Part shown: positions 1 to 11,601 of the stretch, in pieces
Layout: every line of letters begins with the position of its first letter
How positions within the stretch are numbered: the stretch's first letter is position 1
From: Lama glama
Lineage: Eukaryota
NCBI GenBank assembly: GCA_028534125.1
Contig: CM052851.1
Coordinates: forward strand, 31,682,001 to 31,746,000
Length of the DNA: 64,000 nucleotides
Direction of reading: 5' to 3'
Notes under the pieces: generated by a model
What the model was told of the DNA's origin: nothing
The model's database searches: none
The model's input: only the letters and a program-made list of their open reading frames with translations
Program-made: the position numbers and the translations under genes

Positions 1-1176
1 AGGTATTTGAAGAAATCACGACTGAAAACTTAACAAACCTAAAGAAGGAAACAAATATCCAAGTACAGAAAGCACAAAAGGTCCCAAACAAGAACCCAAA
101 CTGACCTACACCAAGACATATTATAATTAAAAGTTAATTATAAAGAAAGTTACAGATAAAGAAAGGATTCTAAAGGCAGCAAAAGAAAAACAAAGAGTTA
201 GTTCCAAGGGAAACCCATAAGGCTATCAGCTGATTTCTCTACACAAACACTGCTGGCCAGAAGGGAATAGCAAGATATATTCAAAGTCCTGAATAAGAAA
301 AAACTGCAAACTGGGATACTCTACCCAGCAAGACTATCCTTTAGAGTAGAAGGAGAGAGAAAGAATCTCACTGACAAGGGAAAACCAAAAGAATTCAGCA
401 ATACTAAATCTATCCTAAAAGAAATACTGAAAGGTCTACTCTAAATAGAAAAGAAGCATGAAGCTATAGAAACAAGAAAACCTTAAGCAGAAATGTGGTA
501 ACTACAATGAGTTACAAGAGAATAAACATGAAGATGTAAAAAAAAAAAGGGACATCAAAATCATAAAAGGTAGGAGAGGGGAGCAAGAAAATATAGATTT
601 TTTTCTCTCCTTTTTCTTTCTTTTTTTTTTCTACATTCTTTTTAGGATGTGTTTGAACCTACATGACTACCAGTCTAAAGCAAACAGATATAGTAAAGGG
701 TTAACATACTTGAAAAACAAAGTAACCACAAAACCATGCAATAGAGTCATAAAAACAACAACAAAAAAACCCAAGCTAATACAAAAGAAAATTATGAAAC
801 CAGAAAATACCATATGGTATCACTTATAAGTGGGATCTAAAAAAAAAAAAGATAAATGAACTTATTTACAAAACAGAAACACACTCACAGACATAGAAAA
901 TAAACTTATGGTTACCAGCAGGGGAAGAGGGTAGGAAGGGATAAATTGGGAGTTCGAGATTTGCAGATATTAACATATATGTATAAAACAGATAAACAAG
1001 TCATACTGTATAGCACAAGGAACTATATTCAATATCTTGTAGTAATCTATGGTGAAAAAGAATATGAAAACGAATATATTTATGTTGATGTACAACTGAA
1101 GAATTATGCTGTACACTAGAAACTGACACATCACTGTAAACTGACTATACTTCAATAAAAATATGTATTAAAAAAA
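1..1176 (+). mobile_element. LINE-1 relic: ORF1 C-terminus + spacer joined to ORF2 tail + 3' UTR/A-rich end
   Basis: VFEEITTENLTNL...PTPRHIIIK...KERILKAAKEK...IRLSADFS...LKEILKGLL* (stop 442-444, internal stop at 102-104); ORF2 tail KYHMVSLISGI* at 805-840; AATAAA and A-rich end at ~1154-1176. Confidence 0.9.
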
Positions 1177-1179
1177 TAG

Positions 1180-1620
1180 GGTGGTCATGAAAGGCCTCTT
1201 TGCGGTGACAGTTAAGAGGTAAAGGAGCAAGCCATGTGACTAACTTGGGAAAGTTCTAGGCAGAGAAAATAGCAGTGCAAAGGTCCTGAGGCCACAGGGT
1301 GGCTGCCATGTTGGTGATGCATTAAAATGCCCGTGTGACTGGAATGGAAGGAAGTGAGGTTAGAGAAATAAAAGGGAGCCAACTCATGGGAGGCCTTGCA
1401 GGCCATGATAGGGGCTTTAGCTTTCACTTGGATGCCTGGAGAGCCACTGTAAGATTTCCAGTAAAGGAGCGATTTGACTTATGTTTTAAAAGGATAGCTC
1501 TGACTGCTGCGTAGAATCAACTGCAGGAGGCAAGGGTGGCAGCAGGGAGACCAGTAAGGAGCTACTGCAGAAATCCAGGCGAAAGAGGACGATGGTTAGA
1601 ACCAGGACGGCGACGCTATG
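1180..1620 (-). mobile_element. LINE-2 fragment
   Basis: Typical antisense L2 sequence (...gggagaccagtaaggagctactgcagaaatccagg...). Similar L2 pieces lie at ~5460-6590, 17380-17755, 21940-22640, 51590-51790 and 55800-56550. Confidence 0.7.
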
Positions 1621-2049
1621 ACGGTGAGCCTGGGTTTCCCCATATAGAAACGAAGCTTAGGATCGTGGCCCTGCGTGCCTCCTAACGTCTCAAAAATCCC
1701 CCGCCAGGATGGAATGGCAGTGAGGTGCCAGCCTGGGGAATGTTGGACTATGGGGCGCGTGGGCAGCTCCTTGCGCGTACGGACCCCTGGTGCCCACCAG
1801 AAAGCCTAGACAGGTTCGCGCCCCGGGGCACGCGCCAGCAGAGTGAGACCTGGTGGAGGGAGGTTTTGCTCCTCAGAGACTGAACAAGGAAAGGTGGGAA
1901 GGCGAGTGCCTTATCCGAGTCCTCCTGGAGCGGGTTCTGTGCACCCGGCACTGTGTGCTCCCCGGTATGGAACCACTCCGCTTGTGCATGTGTGGCAACG
2001 GCTTCCTGAAGGCAACATTCACAGAGCGCCACAGCACCCCCTCCATGGA

Positions 2050-3300
2050 ACTCCCCCCCCCCACCCCCGGCTATGACCCCTTTGTCTCGCTTCCCCTACC
2101 TCTATATGCCTGCCTGTCCGTCCTGCACCGGGTTGAGCGCGCACTGCCCCGCCGGGGTCCCTCTGGCGGCTGCCGTAGCGGCGCAGCCCAGGCCCGGGGC
2201 TCCCAAGAGGAGAAAATCATGAATGAAATGGATGCGGTGCTCCCGCTCCCCCGCCTTCCCTGTCCAGGCAACCTCAGCGCGGGGGCGGCGCCTGCGGGGA
2301 CTCCAAGCGAAGTTGGGGGGTGGGGGCCCCCGAGATCCGGATTGGGGATTAAGGGTCTGTGATTCGGCCCCTCTCGGGCCCTGGGCGCCGCCGGAGCTCC
2401 CCGCCCCCCACGCCCGTCAGCCCCGCGGGCCCTGCGCAATTCCCGGGGAGCGGCGCAAGCCCGCCCGGGGGCGGGGCGGAGCCGGGGCTGAGGGTGCCGA
2501 GCGGACCCCGCGGCTGCGCCGGCAACTCCGCAGCCCCAGCACATTTGGTGGGGCGGTTGGGCGAGGGAGCGCGCACGGAGCGCGGGACGGAGCGCCGAGC
2601 GGACGGACCGACGGACGGACGCCCCCGCACACGCAGACGCACAGAGCTCGGCGCGGTCCCTGTCACACATACACACACACACACACTCGCGCAGACATAT
2701 ACAGGGACACACGCACACTCGCGCGCGCACATCCTCCCGCCAGCCTGCCCGCCAGCTCGCCGGCGCCCGGAGCCCGCTCTGGCTGGTAAGTGCGGCGTCT
2801 CTGTCGGCGCCTTTGTGTAGGGAGCCAGAAGGTGGAGGGCGCGGGGTCCCTCCCAGGGAGGCCCCGCAACTGTGACCTCCTCCAGACCCCAGGGCTGGGA
2901 AGCCGGCGCCCGCCCCCGCCACGCCCCCATGGGGCTCACGGCGCCCCCGGACTGGGGGAAGGGTCCCCCACGCCCGGGAGGGGAACCGGCGCTGAATAGC
3001 TGGGAGGGAGCAGCAGCCACTCCCCACGAAGCTCGTGCGCGGTTCTGGGGAGGGAGGGGTGGGATCCGGATGGTGGTCGGGGTCGGAGCCTCTGCCGCCG
3101 TGGCTGGTGCGCGGCTCTTGGCTGCATCACCTCTCCAGGGTCTGAAGCTCTGGCGGGGGGAGGTTGGAGATCGCCGCTAGCTTCCTGGCCTGTAAACTGT
3201 AGCTCCCAGCCTTCGCTTCGCCTCCCCCGGACCGTGTAGCTTAAACCACTCGTTCCCCACCCACCTCCAAAATAAAAGCCCAGCGCGTTCCCCTCCCCCA
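2050..3300. promoter_or_regulatory. PTPN5: CpG island / PTPN5 promoter with GC boxes
   Basis: Very GC- and CpG-rich; GGGGCGGGGCGG Sp/KLF boxes at ~2467-2480, upstream of a strong splice donor at 2785/2786. Confidence 0.85.
2540..2785 (+). other. PTPN5: PTPN5 non-coding exon 1 (5' UTR); start approximate
   Basis: Ends in consensus donor GGCTG|GTAAGT at 2785 within the CpG island; the TSS cannot be fixed from sequence alone. Confidence 0.7.
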
Positions 3301-3436
3301 GCATCCCCCCTTTTCCTGGATGAGGCCCAGGATCCTGCAAAACCTGGAGACTGCTCAGGTCAGAGCCCCGAGAGACTTACCTTACCAAGAATCTTGTGGC
3401 TTAGAGGGTCAAGACCAGATGAACCTTGAAAACTCA

Positions 3437-3560
3437 TTTAACCCCCTCATTTTACAAATGGGGAAACTGAGGCCCAGTGAGGTGGCTGACCAAGGTCACC
3501 AGAGAGTTAGTGTCAAAGCCTACATTAGAATCTAGTGTCCCTGGCTTTCATACTCATTTC
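3437..3560. mobile_element. MIR SINE fragment (one of many, e.g. ~14690-14830, 15540-15720, 17120-17240, 18350-18405, 23900-24080, 31650-31860, 38800-39030, 42520-42690, 54070-54270)
   Basis: MIR core ccctcattttacaaatggggaaactgaggccc...caaggtcac. Confidence 0.75.
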
Positions 3561-6101
3561 CTCTCCTATACAACTCCAACCTTATCCTCTTTTAAGCCCC
3601 AGAACCCAAAATTTTACCTGAGTGTATCAAGAAACTCTTTGTAATTACAGCCCTGCCCCCCATTTGGAGTGGCAGGTGCCTTTCATTTGCTACCATCCTT
3701 ACTGTAAAAAAAAAAAGAAAGAAAGGAAGAAAAAACGGGGGGGGGGGTTAACCTTTAATTTTTCTCTTTCAGTCTCAAAGGAGATCTCTCTTAAGCAAGC
3801 AGTCCAGGTTTGAGATTTAGTTTGGGAGAATGAAGCAGTCCTGGTCGGGAGATCAGGTTCCAGGGTGTTAGTCCTGGCTCTCCCAGGAGTCACTGAGCAG
3901 TGTCCTCAGTTGGACCAGGTGTTTTCATGGTCAAGGAGTCATTCCCTCCCCACTTTGACCTGACTGCATGCCTTCTCCCTCCCTCTCCCCTTTTCCTTAA
4001 GGGCTAGGTCTTCTATTCCAACCAGGCTCCCTTCATCATCCCTGTGTAGAGGGCCCCTGAGTCTCTCATGTCTGGCCACCTCTCCCTCCTTGACGTTTGT
4101 GGAGGGCAGCTTCTTGGTGTCGCTGACAGAGCTGTTGGGGCAGCTTAAGTTACAGCCTCACCAGGCTTGGGTGGTGGCTCCCTCAAGGGCAGCTGGGTGT
4201 CCCCAGAGCCGAACCTGATGCCTGGTGCAGAGAGGGTGCCCCGAGAGGCATGTTGAAGGAATGCAAGCTAGATGGTGAATGGATGAAGTCAGTCACCTTT
4301 GAGGAAGACTCCGTTGGCTGGGGGAGTTGGCAAGGAGGGCCATGTTCAGTCTCTAGGGGCCTGAGGCTCTTGTCTCAGGAGCTTCCTTCTTGGGTAGGAG
4401 GAGCAACCTGGCATGGAGCAGAACCACGGTGACCAGGTGGCATAACTTCAGGGGCCACTACTCACATTGTCATCCATGTAAACGGCATTGTGTTCCAGAA
4501 GTGCCACTGACATAGACTTCGTAATGACTAGTGGCCCCTGGGTGGTTGCAGTGCCGTGGCTCTCACCCAAAGAGTGAAGAGTCTGGGTTCCAGGTCCAGT
4601 GTCCTCCTCATGGGCTGGACAATTTCAGTGAATCCTCTCTGGGAAGCGATTTCTCCATCTGAAAAATAAGATCATTGGATTGGGGATTTTCAGGGTATCT
4701 TTTAGTTCTAAACTGTTGCGGGGGGGTTGGAAGAGGGAGGGCAGCACTTATTTATATAACTGCTGTGGGCCTGGTTTTCCTCTTCCATTACTCTGCGAGG
4801 GAATAAGATGAGATGAGATCATTTATGTAGGGTACTTAGCACAGTGCCTGGGGCATAAAAAAAAAAGCTTCCGAATCGGTAGCTATTAATACCATTAAGG
4901 CCCTAGCCTTATGGATCTACCCCTCCACTTCTTCCCTTCTTCAGATTGCCCAAGGACATGCGATTTTAGAGCCTCAAAGCCCCTCTCCTGCAAGATATCA
5001 CTCCCCCACTGACCTATTCCTGGATTTCGGCTTGGCCAGCATAGGACATCCATGAACCTCCCTGGGTGAAGTCGCACTTGTGTTTATCAGTTATTTTGCA
5101 CTTAAGGGTGATTGAATTTGATCATTTATGTACAGTCAAAGCTTTTCTTACACTCTGTCACTTATACTTAATCCTGTTGATATCAGTAGTGTTATTATTC
5201 CCATTTTATACCTGGGGAAGTAAAGACTCAGAGTGCAGTTTGTCTAAGGATGTGTTCTGTAAGTCTCAGAGCCAGAAAGTTGTCTCCTGCTCAGGTCATT
5301 TGACTACTGATTCTGAACTCTTTCGTTGCCTGTCCTTTACCAAGACCGGTCCTAAAAGAGAGACAGATGACCCCTTGGAAAGAATTGAGAAGGAGTTTAT
5401 TCTTCTGGACGATCAGAAGTGGCTTCTTGGAGAAGCTCGGTGGCGTTTGAGCTGGGTCTAAATGAAACTATTACACGTAGTGGAAGCAGCATAAGCAGAG
5501 AGTAGGCAGTGGGGGCTTGTAGAGCATGTGTAGTAATTGGAAAGTGGTTCATTCCAACCAGTACAAAAAGGATAAAAGAGGAGCCGTGAGAAGGAAGGCT
5601 GGCTAGGGAGGTGGAGGCAGTTGTTGGGGGCACTGAGTGCCAAGCCAGGGGATTGGTCTTTTGTTTTTAAGTGGGGGAGAGACATGATCAAAACGTGACC
5701 GTTAGGATAAACTCACTCTGGCTGCCCCGTGGAGAACAGATTGGACGGGGAGAGCCTGCTGGCAAGGAGCGCAGGTAGGAAACAATGACAGGGGTATAGG
5801 TAAGAGATAAGGAGAGGATGGACTGGGGTGGTTGTAAGGATGAAGGGAAAAAGGAGTTGGTGCAGGAGGCCACAGTGTCACCAGAATTGGTAGTAGGTTG
5901 GATGTGGGAGTAGAGGGAGGGAGGAATGAGAGGTGATGGCCACGTTTGGAGCCTGAGTAGCTGAGAGTGCCATTCACAGACAGAGCCCCACTGGAAGGTG
6001 GAGGGAGGCTTGGGACCGGGGGCCGTGGATCTGACAGGGAACCATAATGACTCCAGCAAAGCTGGCTCATGGAGCACCCTGGACTGGCCAGAGCCAGTTG
6101 C

Positions 6102-6138
6102 TTCCTTCCTTCTTTCCTTCCTTCCTTCCTTCCTTCAT
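6102..6138. repeat. (TTCC)n simple repeat at the end of an L2
   Basis: Directly visible. Confidence 0.85.
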
Positions 6139-9100
6139 TCCCCAAACATCTGTTACAGGCCAAGCTGTTCTAGGCTCTAGGGATACATTGCTGAAAAAGA
6201 TGAACTTTCTGCCCAAGCTCTACCAAGGGAGACACAAAAGAAAACATAAGCAAAGATAGAACACTTCAAGAGGTGAGCAATGCTCAGGAGACAAATAAAG
6301 AAGGGTGAGGAGGAACGGGGGAAAGAGATTTTACCTTTAAATAGAATTGTCTTTAAGGAAGTAGTATTTGAACAAAGACCTGAGTGAAGTGAGGAGGAGA
6401 CCTGGTAGAAGAGCATTATGGGAAGAGGAGAGCACAAGTGCAAAGGCCCTGGGGTACAAACAGCTTAATATTTACAGGGAACAACAAGTGTGGCTGTACG
6501 ACATAGGTCAAGAGGAAGGGTGGGAATGAAAAAGGTAGGAGAGAGGGGCTGACCCAGATCATGTAGGTGCTTACAGGTGTGAGAAATAAGAAATCACACG
6601 ATGTTAATGAATCCTATTCTCCTTATGTTCTTCATGCCTAGAAGCTCCAAATTCAGCAATGGCTCACTAAATAGTTGTTGAATCAATGAATGTCAGAAAC
6701 CAGCATTTATGTACAAAAATGCAAATGCAAATATCTTAGACTAAATAAAGGTATTATGGCATAGTAAGGGTACAGTAAGCTGTAGTATGATCAAAATGAT
6801 AAAGCTCAGATGATATGAATGTCTGTGATATCATTCAAGTATGAAATTTGAGTGACATCTGCATATTCAGTATGGCTATTTACTAAGATGAAATAGTAAT
6901 ACATACCTGAAATGACTGTAAAACAATTAAAATGGTAACATTTTTGGTCTTCCCTCATCCCCTTTGCAGTGCAAATATGCAACCTTTTGGCTTCATTTCA
7001 AATTTCCCCTTGTGCAACTCTTATGCCCTCAGCCATTTTCCATATAGAGATTTTAAAGAAACTTATCACTAGCACAAAGGCCCATATTTGCAGGACAAGG
7101 AATTATCATCTTCTCCAGTAAATTGACAGGTTCCCAAAAAAGGCAGAGAGGGCAGTGAGGAGGGAGAAACTATTTATAGAGGTATAAATTCTTCAAGCAC
7201 CTAATTAATTGTTTAAATGGATCTACAAGTGGGAATGGAAAAACTCCAGAAGATGGTTAATCATTTAAAGCTTTTTGTCTGCATTAAGTTGAACACAGGG
7301 TATGTGTGAATGTTTCAAAATATATGGCAGCCTTTAGCAACAATTTAAGCAACACGCCAGGAAATACGTTCTTACCAGTGTGGGTCAGCACAGTGGTCTG
7401 TGTGTAAGTATGTGTGTTCAGTCCTAAGCTTACTTATGACTAAGTGATGAGGGCCAAGGACCTTCCGCCTCTCCCATACTGTGTCCCCATCTGGAGGAAG
7501 TAGGGCTTGGGTTTCTAGGACCCCTAAAGCACTAAACACTGTGATCTGTGATATCTGTAGGCCTACCTTATTGTATTCCTGGAGGTCAGTGACCACTGTC
7601 ACAATATGGGGATGTGGCTCCCTGTGGCACTCAGATGATTTGGTGGATGAGAGGCAGGCAGGTGGTCCCGTCTCCGAGGAGATGGATGCTTCCATCAAGC
7701 AGATGGAGCCAGATACTAGGCTGGACCTTTTGAGGGGAATGTTGACAGATGGTCTAAGTCTTCTTAGAATTCTAGACTCTGTAGACACCCTGGTCCAAAT
7801 TCTGTCTGGTTCTGCATATCTTGTCACCTCTAGAAATTGGAAACTCAGGTCAGCCCCAAGGGTGGGGGGGAACTAGAAACCTTTTTAGTTTTTGAACAGT
7901 GTCGTCACCAAAAAGCTCTTCCTTGCCTGAAACCATTCTTCAATATCATCTCCGTCTTTTCTGCATATGGTGAGATGTGGGATGAGCACCTTGGCCACCA
8001 GTGTCTGGCAAAGCTCCAGAATCCCCAGACTCTTACACAGGAAAAAGCTTTTCCCACTGAGCTGTGGTACATGGAATAAAAGCCACCCTCCTTCCTGTGT
8101 CCCCCTTCAAGCAACCTTGACTCAAATTTCCATTTCTGGGGTGCAGCATGTTGAGCTGGAGAGGGATCCCCCTCGAGCTAGATGCAGGGGAGTCACAGTT
8201 TGTAAGTGAACAGGCATCTTGGTGAGAATTCCTAACTTTGGGCTAGTGTGGAGGATAAACTGTTCTTGGCCAGATCTGGTAACTGCTATGAAAATGCAGA
8301 CCCACAGTTGCCCTTCCTTTGCGTGGTGAGGTGGTTGGGTGAAGTCACTAGAGACATACCAAGCTTCAACATGTCTTTCTTAAGAGTAGAAATGTTCCCC
8401 TCTCCTCCAGCTCTCTGGAAGCCACTCAGAGATTCAGTGGACCTCAGTGGTGGGCGGCACGTGGATGTCTGGAGTCAACTCCAAAGATTATATATTTCAT
8501 CATCTGCCTAAGGGTGTTGCCCAGTCTTTATAAAATAAATTACGTTGTGAAAATAACACAACCATACCATAGAACAAATGTAAGATTAGCCGTGATTTTA
8601 TATGTCCCATACCATTTCTTCTGTAGACCTGTATCTTTTAATAGTTGAAGTCAGTCTGCATATAGTTTTGTACTCAGCATTTTTCGCTTAACATTTTCTC
8701 AAAACTGTGCTTATATGTGACCTTCTTCTAGCTTCAGTGGCTTAACTGTACTTTATTTAACCATTTCTTAATTGGTGGACATAGTCTTGAATAGTCTTGA
8801 ATATCTTGCAGCACACAGCTTTTCCATCTCAGATTCTCAAGGCATCTGATTTAAACACCCCAAAGGGAGTATGCCAGGACCAGGGAGAGGGGCGTTATAA
8901 AGAACACAAGGTTAAAGAACATGTTGACTATGGACAGATGCAGATTGGTTTCATGGATACAAATGATGTGGCCCTGGGTCCTGGAGTAGAAAGAAAACGG
9001 TGGACACCAGAGCGGAAGCCTAAGAGAGGATGGAGTGGAAGATTATGGGCCAGGAGGCTCAAGACACAGAGCACTGAGGGTGTAATAGAGGCGTGTCTGA

Positions 9101-9149
9101 TTTCACATGGAGTCCCTCTAGCGTTCTGTTATTTGGTTTGGGGTGCCTT

Positions 9150-9725
9150 TTTAAAATTATGGTGCAATACATGAAATTTGCTCTTTTAACTGTTTTAAGT
9201 ATATAGTTCAGTAGCATTAAGTACATTCACATTGTTTTGCAACCATCATCACCATCTATCCATAGAACTCTTTTCATCTTACAAAACTGAAACTCTGTGC
9301 CTAGTAAACAGTAACTCCTCGTTCCCTCCTCCCCCTCATTCTCTGGTAACCTCTGTTCTACTTCACCTACTCTAGGTACCTCGTAGAAGTGGAATCATAC
9401 ACTTATTNNNNNNNNNNNNNNNNNNNNNNNNNNNNNNNNNNNNNNNNNNNNNNNNNNNNNNNNNNNNNNNNNNNNNNNNNNNNNNNNNNNNNNNNNNNNN
9501 NNNNNNNNNNNNNNNNNNNNNNNNNNNNNNNNNNNNNNNNNNNNNNNNNNNNNNNNNNNNNNNNNNNNNNNNNNNNNNNNNNNNNNNNNNNNNNNNNNNN
9601 NNNNNNNNNNNNNNNNNNNNNNNNNNNNNNNNNAGTCCTTGCTTCCAGTTATTTTGTGTATATACCTAGAAGTGGGATTGCTAGATCGAATGATAAATCT
9701 ATGTTTAACTCTTTAAGGAACCACA
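9150..9725 (-). mobile_element. Old L1 (L1M-type) 3' fragment spanning N-gap 9408-9633
   Basis: ...agttcagtagcattaagtacattcacattgttttgcaaccatcatcacc...; ...atacctagaagtgggattgctagatc... are antisense L1 3' end hallmarks. Confidence 0.8.
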
Positions 9726-10168
9726 GGGTGCTTTTAATTAAGGATTTTTGTGTACTCATCAGAAAAAGACCACTAAATGTAGTCTTAGGAGTGGAGGTCC
9801 CAAAAAGAAACCACTAATTTTTTCAAGTAAATTTTGTGTAGGTTCTGCATGGCATTGGAGGCAATAGAGAAGAAAGACAAGGGAACAGAATACAAATGAA
9901 TCCTCCCTCCATCTCTGAAGAATTATTGTGATTTAGTGGCATCGTGGGTGGAAGAGGAAAGCTCTCAGGAGAGATCTTGGGGGATGGAATTCATTCATGC
10001 ACACAGGTATTTACTGTGCCAGGAAATCCACACACCAGGAGGACCTTGCCCACAAGGAACTTGTGGGTGTCTGTTGGGGCCACCAGAGAGTAACTGGCAA
10101 CAGTGGTCTGTACTGACGCACATAATTATTTTTTCTGAGTGCTTACTGCATTACCTCACCTAATCTTT

Positions 10169-10316
10169 AAATTTAAAAAAAGTTATTTTTGCTTTTTGGG
10201 GGGAGGTAATTAGGTTTATTTTTATTTATTTATTTATTTAATGGAGGTACTGGGGATCGAACCCAGGATCTCATGCATGCTAAGCATGCACTCTACCACT
10301 AAGCTATATCCTCCCC
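10169..10316 (-). mobile_element. Camelid-type tRNA-derived SINE (Vic-like) with target-site duplication
   Basis: Reverse strand has A-box (TAGCTTAGTGG) and B-box (GGTTCGATCCC) plus an A-rich tail; TSD tcacctaatcttt (10156-10168) / tcacctagtcttt (10318-10330). Confidence 0.9.
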
Positions 10317-11573
10317 TTCACCTAGTCTTTACCACAGTTCATTGCAGAAGGTTTTTATTATCCTCAGTTTATAGATAAGGAAACAGACAGCTGAAGTAAC
10401 TTGCCGGGAGCACACTGCGAGTAAGTGGCAGAACCTGAACTCACACCTAGGTAGTAATTGTGCTCTGGTGATGAGCTGAGGGCTGTGGGGACGCAGGAGA
10501 GGCATCTGTCCCACCTGGAGATCAGAGAAGGCTTCCTGAAGGAAGGGGTCAAGTGAGCATTTTAGTGTAAGTGGGCTGTGTTCTTTTACCTGCGATTTCA
10601 GAACATGGTTTTCAGTAGCAGCAGCAGCTCTCAGCCCTGCTTCCTGTTCGCCAGCCTCCCAGGGCGTCCCACCTCACTGAGACTGCATTTCAGAGGAAGG
10701 TGATCACAGTCAGTATCCCTGGTGCTCATCATGAGGCAGGGAGGCCAGCAGTGGGACGGTTCCTTTTCTCTCTAACATTTGCTGCCTCTGACTCCCTTAG
10801 CTGGCTTCCTTCTAGTCCCTTCTGGGATGCCTTAGAGGGATGTCCCAGAGCCCATTCTGGGCCTGGGCAGCTCCGGGCCAGGAGTGGCCATGGGGTCGTA
10901 CGTCCACCTGTGTCACTTCACTGCCCCAGGATGCCCCAGCTTGTGGACTTCCATCACCACCAAATCCCATCTTCCCAAAACCCAGATGGAGCCAGTTTTC
11001 TCTGCTCTCTGAACCCCGCTGTAGCTCCCCATGGCTGCAGCAGTGTTTCTCAACAGGCCTTTCGGTGGGAGAGTTCTTGGTTTTGGCAGCATCCCTGGCC
11101 CCCTCCCCTAAATATTTCCCAGGGGCAGCTTTCAGTGATTGTGACAGCCAAGAATACTCACATGCATTTTTAAGGTCTATTTTACGAACACGATGTACAG
11201 ACCTCGAATGTTCCATCCAGTGAGTTTTGACAATTGTGTGAAGTCAAATAACCATCAGCAGGATTGCTTTGTGGAACATTTCCATCACCCCTGAAATTTC
11301 CTCCTCTCTCCCAGCCAGTGCCCACCCTCAGAGGTAACCGTCATTCCTGTTTGTCATCGTACTTGAGTTCTGTCTGTTCTTGATCTTCATGTGAATGGAC
11401 TCGTATAGCATGTGGTCTTTTGTGTCATAAGTAGCTTTTGAGATTCATCCGTTGTTACACCCCTCAACCCTCCCAGATACACATAGATCTCTAAATGCCA
11501 GCTAGGATGGCAGTCCTGTCCTTAATCCCACTGAGAAGAAGCGGGGTGGGAGTTCAAGTCAGTGTGTCTTCAT

Positions 11574-11601
11574 CCGAAGCCCGAAGCCCGAAGCCCGAAG
11601 C
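11574..11601. repeat. (CCGAAGC)4 perfect 7-mer tandem repeat
   Basis: Directly visible. Confidence 0.95.

Noticed and set aside
1748-3340. Many long overlapping ORFs (up to 318 aa) on both strands
   Set aside because: Low-complexity G/A/R/P translations expected from a stop-poor CpG island; no recognisable domain.
7372-7876. Overlapping 151-aa (-) and 131-aa (+) ORFs considered as a retrocopy
   Set aside because: Non-ATG starts, no recognisable homology, no poly(A) tail or TSD seen.
9389-9817. ORFs containing long X runs (also 35848-36397, 56512-57529, 58214-58873)
   Set aside because: Artefacts of translation through N-gaps.
10240-10316. tRNA-like A/B boxes
   Set aside because: SINE heads with tails and TSDs, not tRNA genes.
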